A stretch of 46,608 nt of DNA, taken from a virus. Lineage: Duplodnaviria; Caudoviricetes. Of the stretch, positions 1 through 6,698 are shown in pieces. The stretch spans positions 1-46,608 of the IMG/VR virus record IMGVR_UViG_3300032212_000025; one strand, given 5' to 3'. The notes beneath the pieces were generated by a model. That model saw only the letters and a list, made by a program, of their open reading frames with translations, did no database searches and was not told where the DNA came from. Numbering within the stretch: position 1 is the stretch's first letter; each line of letters opens with the position of its first letter. Position numbers and translations under genes: made by a program.

Positions 1-127
1 CCATTTGACGCTCATATTCTTGGTACAATGTTTTAGAATCCATACCTTCATATTTACCTGTATTACGCAGCACCCACAACCTCACTCTGTCACCGTGGCG
101 ATAGCAGGTCACTTGCTTATACGATCC
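1..127. repeat. Terminal direct repeat, left copy (127 bp; probable assembly circularisation overlap)
   Basis: Bases 1-127 (ccatttgacg...acgatcc) are identical to 46482-46608. A gene reads through the junction in frame. Confidence 0.95.
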
Positions 128-2545
128 GCACTCTTTCAGGACCATACCCGTCTTTATCGGTGTGAAGTACTTACCATCACTGTACATCTCACCAGGTGCG
201 AACACAGCACCACTTTTAAGAGTCTCAGATAAATCAACAGCTGTCACCAGATCACATTTAAACGCACCCAGCTCTTTTTTAGCAAACGCTTCAATGGTTT
301 GCTGCATTGGTGACTTCGACGCTTCCTTGATATCACGTAAGAAGTCAGTCATCGGTGGTGCTTCAGCCGGGTTGAAGTCAGACAGATCCACCATGTACAT
401 CAGATGATAAGCGACATGCTGCCAACCGATTGACTTCATCCAGTTCCAGCGATCCTCCCAGTATTCAAGCCAGTCTGCACGCATGTTGTCATCAGCATCA
501 CGCGGGTTCAGATCTGACCAGATACCAAAGAAACGTCGTGAGGGTCCATTCAGTCTCAGTGGCATCATGCTGTTCGTTGTCATGGTGGCGTTCAGAATAT
601 TTCTGATCTTAATAGGTTTGATACCTTTCTGATTCACACGCAGTGTCTCAGGTGGTGCAGCTGCTAATGGCTTGAGTCGGTTACTGACTGCCAGTGCTTC
701 ACGACGGTCACCAAGCTCTGCTTCATTGATGTGCAGGTACTTGGTCGATAGAAGATGATCATCAAAGTCACGCAGTAACTCTTCACCTGATATCACGGTG
801 TAGTTTTCACCCATCGCTTTTGTCAGAGGGTATAACAGATAATCCTTACCACAACCTTCACCAGAGCCTAACAGCAGCATGTGGTTGATCTTACGGTCAG
901 GATGACGCAGTGTGAACGCCATCCATTGTTCAATGTGCTTTCGATGCTCACCCCATCCGAGTGCATCAAAATGATCATGCCAGCGTGCAATGTCACCGGC
1001 TGCACCGTTGTTCTGAGTGACATCTGACCAAGTGTTGGCAAACGTGGTACCGTTCTCAATGAATACTTGCGGCATTTTCGGTGCGTAGTCCAGTCGATCA
1101 ACCTTTTTCACTCGACCGTCCTGCAGTGCGATCTTCCGGGCTTCAGCATCTTCATGACTGAAGCTGTTCTGGAATGCCTCGGTGCTGAAGAAGATCCGTG
1201 ATTTCCAGTCATAGAATTGATTGAGTTCTTTAACGTACACCACATCATCATAAAATTCAGCCGTGTTGATTTTCTCACCGTACCAGACTTGTCTGAGGTC
1301 CTTCAGGATCTCTTTGAATTCACCTTTGGACCAACTCATCAGGTCACGCACTTGGTTGTGCCACTCCATCTGATCCAGCTTAGGTAGGTCATCGGTGTGC
1401 TTCATAATCTGTGCAGCCAGCTCACGTGCTTCAGGGCTGCTGGGGTGCTCACGTCTGAGGGCATCACATAACATTTGGATAGCATCAACCGGTTGGACTA
1501 CAGGTGCTTGAACTGGCGTTTGTTGCGGTGATACCGGTGCAAAGAAGCTGACTTCTTCTGGTTCAGGTGTCTGGGTAACTGGCGACATGAAGCTGGGTTC
1601 AGCGACATGTGAGAATTCTCGTAAGATTTGCCAATTTTTAAGGGTTCCTGAGAAGCCGGGTGAGTGTCCTTCAATAAATTGTAATAACTCTCTTCCAGTC
1701 CGATGTTGGCAAGCCCCGTGGTGGCATTTGAAGCCAATACTACCATCTGCATTCGTGAAGACAGCAGAGCCGCTATTATCTTGGTTCGTGTGCTCCTGCA
1801 CCCATGGACAAGTAATATCAAATCGCCCATCAGAACGCACCTCTTTAATGTGAATAATTTCAGGGATGTTCACCAGTGGATGATCTGATACAGCAGCTGC
1901 ACCATCCACACGTGCTTCACGTCTTACTTGATTTAGATCAACTGCAAACGGTGCAGCCAGCTGTTCGATAGTCACCCGGTTGAACGGCTCCCACAGTCGC
2001 ATCTGACATTTGTACGGTTGACCGTTCACCAGCTTTGATACTTTGTTGTTGGACCCTTCAGGTAGTCTGACGTATCGAGTGACCCCCTTCATGCCCGGAT
2101 CGATTCCTTTGGGTGCCAGCCCATTAGCAACTAAACCATCAAGTAGGTTTTCTACACGACCGCGATCAGTACAGGGTTTATCTAAAATGTAACCCCATTG
2201 TTCAGAACCTGCTGATGTTTCCAGTATCCATGCAGGGCGCGGGAGCTTTGACACTTCATCCATCGACAGCTTCTCTTTGACATCATCCAGTACGATCACC
2301 GGTGTATGTCTGAAGAGAGCTTTACGACGACGTGCTTGCTGCTGGTCATCACAGTAAAAGTTACTGATGGTGAAGTACTGATTGTACCCGGGCGTCAGAT
2401 TGTAACGACTGAAATAGTCACCCTTCCAGGCAATCAGATGTTTATCTTTCGGAATGTTACCCGGATCATAAGGGAAATCTGTTACATGCACCCACGGTGC
2501 ATCATCACCAAATAACGCAGTCAGGAATTCGCTGTTTGTCACCAT
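1..2545 (-). CDS. Primase-helicase: RepB-like primase + Zn-binding domain + SF3/DUF5906-like helicase; 861 aa in total, continuing across the circular junction to a stop at 46441
   Basis: Translated by hand (absent from the ORF track). Starts MVTNSEFLTALFGDD at ATG 2545. Primase motifs VIVLDDV, WILETSAGSEQWGY and RYVRLPEGSN; CPW..EH...FKCHHGAC Zn motif; Walker A GSGEGCGKD (~839-870), Walker B YLHINE, sensor MTTN. Confidence 0.88.
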   Translation of the reverse strand, partial: MVTNSEFLTALFGDDAPWVHVTDFPYDPGNIPKDKHLIAWKGDYFSRYNLTPGYNQYFTISNFYCDDQQQARRRKALFRHTPVIVLDDVKEKLSMDEVSKLPRPAWILETSAGSEQWGYILDKPCTDRGRVENLLDGLVANGLAPKGIDPGMKGVTRYVRLPEGSNNKVSKLVNGQPYKCQMRLWEPFNRVTIEQLAAPFAVDLNQVRREARVDGAAAVSDHPLVNIPEIIHIKEVRSDGRFDITCPWVQEHTNQDNSGSAVFTNADGSIGFKCHHGACQHRTGRELLQFIEGHSPGFSGTLKNWQILREFSHVAEPSFMSPVTQTPEPEEVSFFAPVSPQQTPVQAPVVQPVDAIQMLCDALRREHPSSPEARELAAQIMKHTDDLPKLDQMEWHNQVRDLMSWSKGEFKEILKDLRQVWYGEKINTAEFYDDVVYVKELNQFYDWKSRIFFSTEAFQNSFSHEDAEARKIALQDGRVKKVDRLDYAPKMPQVFIENGTTFANTWSDVTQNNGAAGDIARWHDHFDALGWGEHRKHIEQWMAFTLRHPDRKINHMLLLGSGEGCGKDYLLYPLTKAMGENYTVISGEELLRDFDDHLLSTKYLHINEAELGDRREALAVSNRLKPLAAAPPETLRVNQKGIKPIKIRNILNATMTTNSMMPLRLNGPSRRFFGIWSDLNPRDADDNMRADWLEYWEDRWNWMKSIGWQHVAYHLMYMVDLSDFNPAEAPPMTDFLRDIKEASKSPMQQTIEAFAKKELGAFKCDLVTAVDLSETLKSGAVFAPGEMYSDGKYFTPIKTGMVLKECGSYKQVTCYRHGDRVRLWVLRNTGKYEGMDSKTLYQEYERQM

Positions 2546-2565
2546 TGAAAATGTATCCTGCTTAA

Positions 2566-2850
2566 TTATTTTAATGGGTGTGTGTGTGTTTCAAGATCTT
2601 GACATTGACATTTAATCTTAGCTTTGATTTTGACCACTCTGTGGCAATCATCACGCTGCATCAATAGTCCGTCTTTTAAATTAGCAAACTGAACTCTTGA
2701 TTCTTTACCACCAGAAACAACAATATAAATAGCGTCTTCATTTATTGCATCATTGAATGGAGTTGTTGCAAAATGAAAACACTCACCAGCTTTCAATGCA
2801 CTTAATAAAACACTTTTATCTTTTACATCATATTCTATTTCTATATTCAT
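2566..2850 (-). CDS. Hypothetical protein (MNIEIEYDV...)
   Basis: ORF with a GAGGTG ribosome-binding site upstream; first gene after the leftward promoter; AT-rich. Confidence 0.65.
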   Translation of the reverse strand: MNIEIEYDVKDKSVLLSALKAGECFHFATTPFNDAINEDAIYIVVSGGKESRVQFANLKDGLLMQRDDCHRVVKIKAKIKCQCQDLETHTHPLK

Positions 2851-2904
2851 TCTCGTCACCTCAGATTGATTACCTTACTACAATAAATTATTTCTGTCAG
2901 CGTA

Positions 2905-2933
2905 AGATTATGTGATTTGTAGAACATTGTCAA
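2905..2933 (-). promoter_or_regulatory. Leftward sigma70-type promoter (TTGACA-17-TAATCT)
   Basis: On the minus strand: TTGACA at 2933-2928, 17-nt spacer, TAATCT at 2910-2905; faces the primase-helicase operon. Confidence 0.7.
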
Positions 2934-2941
2934 ATTTTATG

Positions 2942-2971
2942 TTGACAATAGTTACAATGTTCTACTAGAAT
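2942..2971 (+). promoter_or_regulatory. Rightward sigma70-type promoter (TTGACA-18-TAGAAT)
   Basis: TTGACA 2942-2947 and TAGAAT 2966-2971; the spacer holds ACAATGTTCTAC, the inverted copy of 2919-2930. Confidence 0.7.
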
Positions 2972-3012
2972 AGAATCGTCAATTTAATAAATATTTAATG
3001 AGGGTCAGAACG

Positions 3013-3246
3013 ATGTCTGAAGAAGACAACAAAACTGAAGATGCCACGCTTCTTGATGATGAACTGCGACTACGCTGTTCAAAGTTAGAATTGGATATCT
3101 TCAAACAGAAATCACAACGGGTGATTGGTAAACCTTACCAGATCCTGGTTCGTGAAATCATAACAGCTTTTAATGATGGTCGCTTGCGTATCATCCCAAC
3201 TGAAGATCAACAAAGTGGAGAACTTTACAATGTCACTGGAAAATAA
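3013..3246 (+). CDS. Putative ribbon-helix-helix DNA-binding regulator
   Basis: ELRLRCS (beta strand) followed by two predicted helices ([24 protein letters not shown]); first gene downstream of the divergent promoter; GAGGG ribosome-binding site before ATG 3013. Confidence 0.55.
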   Translation: MSEEDNKTEDATLLDDELRLRCSKLELDIFKQKSQRVIGKPYQILVREIITAFNDGRLRIIPTEDQQSGELYNVTGK

Positions 3247-3601
3247 TTTAAAACGCATCGCTGATGCGCTGGAAAAAATCGCTGAGAATACAACACCGGT
3301 TCATATAGGTATTGACCCAGCTAAACCCGGTACAGATCAGACAGTAGTTGCTCCTGCTCCTGCTCCTGCTGCTGCTCCTGCTCCTGCTGCTGCTGCTGCT
3401 CCTGCTGCTGCTCCTGCTCAAGGTGCAATCGCACTCACCGATGAAGAAATGAACACAACTTTAATTTCTGAGTTCAAACGTATCGGTGCACGTGAACCTA
3501 TCGATGCTGTGATGACAGCACAAGGTGTCACTGGTGTTGCTGGTCTGACTGCTGAAAAGCAACAGGAGTTACTCGCAGCTGTTCGAGCAATTCAGTCATG
3601 A
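3230..3601 (+). CDS. Hypothetical protein with Ala/Pro-rich linker (conserved-type gene upstream of DUF2800)
   Basis: GGAG ribosome-binding site then [18 protein letters not shown]; APAPAA repeat; position typical of APSE-like replication modules. Confidence 0.75.
   Translation: MSLENNLKRIADALEKIAENTTPVHIGIDPAKPGTDQTVVAPAPAPAAAPAPAAAAAPAAAPAQGAIALTDEEMNTTLISEFKRIGAREPIDAVMTAQGVTGVAGLTAEKQQELLAAVRAIQS
3349..3419 (+). repeat. GCT/CCT low-complexity coding repeat (Ala-Pro linker)
   Basis: Tandem gctcct/gctgct units. Confidence 0.85.
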
Positions 3602-5007
3602 GTGAAGGTCACGCACGCTTAGGTTGCAGCAACAAACGCTGGCCTATGTGCGCGGGTTCAATTCGTGAAGAAGCCGGTTATGAAGATGTAGCTGGTGCAG
3701 CAGCGATTGACGGTACTGGATCTCACCTGCTACTTGAATTGTGTCTTCAGAACAATACCCAAGCAGCTCAGTACGATCAGCAGATCATCAGTGCAAATCA
3801 CCCTGACAACCCTAATGGTTGGCTGGTCGATGTCGCACGTATCAAACGGGTGCAGATGTGCCTTGATTACGTCACACGACGTGTCAATGAGCTGAAAGCA
3901 CAGTTTGAAGGTTGTACTGTACTGGTTGAAGCTGAAGGTAAAGCAGACCCAGGTGGTGCATTTGGTCGTGATGATTGGTGGGGTACAGTTGATATCACCA
4001 TCACAGCACGACACCCGATGTCTGGTGAAGTGTACTTTATGGAAGTGGTTGACTATAAAGATGGTCGTGATTATGTGAGTGAGAAAAACAACACTCAGTT
4101 GATCAGTTACCTGTTCGGTAAAATGCGACCTTTTATAGCCAGTGGTCCTGATAAGTGCAGACCGTTCAAACCTAATGCAGTACCTCATTGTCGCATGACA
4201 ATTGTCCAACCGAAAACTAACCCGGTTGTACGTTATCAATGCTCAACACGTACTGAAGATAATGTCAGCACAACATCAGTTGTTGAAGCGGCTGAAAAGT
4301 TATCAGTTGCTGCACGACTCACTGACAATCCTGATGCACCATTAACACCCGGTGATCATTGTCAGTGGTGTAAAGCGAATCCTAAACGTGGTGGGCATTG
4401 TTCTGCTAAATCTAATCAAAGTTTGTTAACGGTGGAGAGTATGAGTGAAATTGCAATTGATGCAGACAATTCAAATCTGTCCGAGTATATCGGTAAAATA
4501 TTAGCAGATCCTAAATCATTAACTGAAGATCAGTTATCTGAGTTAGCGGATTCTGAAGAAGGTGTTCAAGCAATTTTTGATAAAGTGAAAACTGAAATCA
4601 AAGATCGTATTGAACAGGGTATCACTGTACCAGGTTATGCAATGGTGCCGGGTAAAGGTTCAAATGTTTGGAATGAAGACGATGAAACGATTGCTAAAAA
4701 GCTTAAAAGTCGTCGTTTGAAAAATGCTGATATCTACCCACCTAAACTGATCTCACCTGCTCAAGTGATGAAGTCAGATCTGTTGACTGATGATCAAAAA
4801 GCACGCATTCAGAAAGAGTTGATCACTTTCAAAGGTGGCAAGCTCACACTGAAGAAAGTTGCACACGATCACGTAAGTGAAAAAGTTGTTGCACAAAGTT
4901 CTACAGAAGGTGTAGAATCACAATCAGACGTTGAACTTATGTTCGCTGATGTTCCTAAAACTGAACCGGTTGCTGAAGTTGCAGCTGAAGAAGTTTCATT
5001 CTTTTAA
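3598..5007 (+). CDS. DUF2800 / Cas4-like PD-(D/E)xK exonuclease
   Basis: HARLGCS..RWPMCAGS N-terminus, GTVD...VVDYKDG nuclease motif, QL..Y, PGDHCQWC...C cluster; lies next to DUF2815. Confidence 0.85.
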   Translation: MSEGHARLGCSNKRWPMCAGSIREEAGYEDVAGAAAIDGTGSHLLLELCLQNNTQAAQYDQQIISANHPDNPNGWLVDVARIKRVQMCLDYVTRRVNELKAQFEGCTVLVEAEGKADPGGAFGRDDWWGTVDITITARHPMSGEVYFMEVVDYKDGRDYVSEKNNTQLISYLFGKMRPFIASGPDKCRPFKPNAVPHCRMTIVQPKTNPVVRYQCSTRTEDNVSTTSVVEAAEKLSVAARLTDNPDAPLTPGDHCQWCKANPKRGGHCSAKSNQSLLTVESMSEIAIDADNSNLSEYIGKILADPKSLTEDQLSELADSEEGVQAIFDKVKTEIKDRIEQGITVPGYAMVPGKGSNVWNEDDETIAKKLKSRRLKNADIYPPKLISPAQVMKSDLLTDDQKARIQKELITFKGGKLTLKKVAHDHVSEKVVAQSSTEGVESQSDVELMFADVPKTEPVAEVAAEEVSFF

Positions 5008-5019
5008 AGAGGTGACAAA

Positions 5020-5733
5020 ATGTTAGTTAAAGGTATTTTATCGTTCCCCGCATTATTCGTAGCGAAAGTTGCGAAAGGTGCGACGGAAGCAAAGTATGGT
5101 TGTACTGTACTGCTTCCACCAAATGATCCGCAGATCGCAGCGATTCAAGCTGAGGTTGACGCGGCTAAACTGAACACATTCCCATCAGGTTACACTGGTG
5201 CTGATGAATGTTTCGGTCCGTATGATGTTAAATATCACGGTAAAGACTACCATGATCCGCGCTTCAGTGGTTGGTATGTATTTAGCTGCTCTGGTAAAGA
5301 AGCCGATGGTAAACCATCAGTTGTTGATATGGCTTACACACCGATCATTGACCCAGGTGCTGTGTTCTCAGGTATGGTTGCTTATGTGAACGCTGGTATC
5401 AGTGGTTACACTAAAGGTAAAGGTGGTGTTGGTGGTTGGTTGAACGGTGTCATGATCACAGCTGAAGAACCACCGATGGGTCGTCTGGATAACAAACCAT
5501 CAGTTGAACAGATGTTCGCTGGTGTACCCGGTGGTCAACCTGCACCAAGTGCTGCTGCTAACCCTGCATTCCCACCTGTGGCTGCTCCTGCTGCTCCTGT
5601 GGCTCCTGTGGCTGCACTGCAGATGACAGCTAAAGCAAACGGTGTGACGCTTGAACAGTATCTGGCAACACCGGGTTGGACTGAGCAAATGTTGATTGAT
5701 CAAGGTTTAGCGATTCGACCTTCATTTGTTTAA
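5020..5733 (+). CDS. DUF2815-family single-stranded DNA-binding/annealing protein
   Basis: LSFPALF...KYGCTVLLP, VFSGM.A.V, GVGGWLNGVMI motifs; synteny with DUF2800 and the polymerase. Confidence 0.8.
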   Translation: MLVKGILSFPALFVAKVAKGATEAKYGCTVLLPPNDPQIAAIQAEVDAAKLNTFPSGYTGADECFGPYDVKYHGKDYHDPRFSGWYVFSCSGKEADGKPSVVDMAYTPIIDPGAVFSGMVAYVNAGISGYTKGKGGVGGWLNGVMITAEEPPMGRLDNKPSVEQMFAGVPGGQPAPSAAANPAFPPVAAPAAPVAPVAALQMTAKANGVTLEQYLATPGWTEQMLIDQGLAIRPSFV

Positions 5734-5826
5734 AACAAATTCTCTAAACGGTCTTTGAAACAAAGAGTCTGAACAGCATGTCACCGTTTCATGCTGTAAC
5801 TTTTTAATTATTAAGGTGATAAAAAA

Positions 5827-6126
5827 ATGTCTGAACAAGAAATTGAAAATGAGATTCAAGAAAAGGATCTTAATGCACCACGTATTACACCGGTTATTAT
5901 CGACAGTAAGATTAATAAAGTTGATTACCATGTATTTGAAGGTTCACAACTTACAGTTTGTTGTATGACTTTGAGTAACGGTTTTACTGTAACTGGTGAA
6001 TCAGCATGTGCGAGTCCTGAAAACTTTGATGCTGAGATTGGTCGTAAAATTGCATTCAATAATGCACGCGATAAAATATGGCAGCTCGAAGGTTATCTGT
6101 TAAAACAGAAACTTTTTGAATCATAA
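5827..6126 (+). CDS. Phage Gp49/Gp66-family protein (Acb4-like nucleotide-signal sponge)
   Basis: Family signature TVCCMTLSNGFTVTGESACASPENFDAEIGRKIA...IWQLEGYLL. Confidence 0.8.
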   Translation: MSEQEIENEIQEKDLNAPRITPVIIDSKINKVDYHVFEGSQLTVCCMTLSNGFTVTGESACASPENFDAEIGRKIAFNNARDKIWQLEGYLLKQKLFES

Positions 6127-6132
6127 AACTGA

Positions 6133-6156
6133 ACCCTCTTTCGGGAGGGTCTTTCT
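6133..6156 (+). terminator. Terminator-like UUCG hairpin with a weak U-tract
   Basis: ACCCTCT-TTCG-GGAGGGT followed by CTTTCT, just after the Gp49 stop codon. Confidence 0.5.
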
Positions 6157-6213
6157 ACAACGACACTGAGACAGGGAAGAACGTGGTCAGCGACTCTCAG
6201 TGTCGTTGTAGAA
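6153..6213 (+). repeat. Perfect 19-bp inverted repeat (long hairpin, 23-nt loop)
   Basis: TTCTACAACGACACTGAGA (6153-6171) is the exact reverse complement of TCTCAGTGTCGTTGTAGAA (6195-6213). Confidence 0.9.
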
Positions 6214-6214
6214 G

Positions 6215-6408
6215 GGTGGGGTGGCGAAATTGGTAAACGCGCTAGTGTAGAACATACGGCTAGTGGTAAAAGGGATCAATTCATAGATCCTACATAAGAA
6301 CAGTTGTGAACCTGAATTGACAGGAAAAGGTGGAATAGAATGCTGTTATGTTCCCCACCTCAAATAGATCACAACCCCTTGCAGGTTCGAATCCTGCCCC
6401 TGCTACCA
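6215..6408 (+). ncRNA. tRNA-Leu-like RNA with a 12-nt anticodon loop and a ~115-nt structured variable-region insertion
   Basis: Acceptor GGTGGGG/CCCTGCT + A + CCA; Leu-type D arm TGGCGAAATTGGTAAACGC; stem CTAGT/GCTAG; perfect T arm GCAGG-TTCGAAT-CCTGC (6381-6397). Confidence 0.75.
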
Positions 6409-6429
6409 TTTAATAACGAGGTGACAATT

Positions 6430-6603
6430 ATGAGTATTAAAACTTTTGAAATGAAACTGGTGAAGTCCACCAAAAATAAACACGTGTACAGTGATGTCAG
6501 TGATGCACCAATTGTACCCAGTGTGTATATTGAAAAATCTGGATTACCCAGTACACCACCTGAAGTGATTACTGTTACTCTTGAGTATGAGGTGAAGTCG
6601 TGA
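6430..6603 (+). CDS. Small hypothetical protein (57 aa, MSIKTFEMKL...)
   Basis: GAGGTG ribosome-binding site before ATG 6430; the longer ORF-track start lies inside the tRNA-like RNA. Confidence 0.7.
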   Translation: MSIKTFEMKLVKSTKNKHVYSDVSDAPIVPSVYIEKSGLPSTPPEVITVTLEYEVKS

Positions 6604-6698
6604 ACTTCTGGGAATTTTTAGAAGAGAATGGTTTTTGGGTTGTAGTTGCAATATTAACCATCATCGGTGCCATCGGTGAAGTAGTTAATAAATGCTAA
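6600..6698 (+). CDS. Small membrane peptide (32 aa)
   Basis: GTG start overlapping the upstream stop (GTGA), GAGGTG ribosome-binding site, hydrophobic stretch FWVVVAILTIIGAIG; its stop overlaps the polymerase start. Confidence 0.55.
   Translation: MNFWEFLEENGFWVVVAILTIIGAIGEVVNKC

Noticed and set aside
1498-1830. 110-aa alternative-frame ORF inside the primase-helicase
   Set aside because: Part of it has non-shadow composition, but I see no Shine-Dalgarno at its candidate starts, and similar-length shadow ORFs are common here.
5-2515. Short + strand ORFs in the first 2.5 kb, and other antisense ORFs in the track
   Set aside because: They are antisense shadows of long, motif-bearing genes on the opposite strand.
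5009-5016. Recurrent GAGGTGAC motif before many genes as a regulatory repeat
   Set aside because: It is explained as an extended Shine-Dalgarno sequence at normal spacing from start codons.
6215-6408. Canonical tRNA, intron-containing tRNA or tmRNA
   Set aside because: The anticodon loop is 12 nt; the insertion is in the variable region and shows no group I core I can recognise; the acceptor has U3-G70 rather than G3-U70; and no convincing tag ORF is present.
6340-6429. N-terminal extension of the 87-aa ORF
   Set aside because: It overlaps the T arm and acceptor stem of the tRNA-like RNA; the ribosome-binding site supports ATG 6430.
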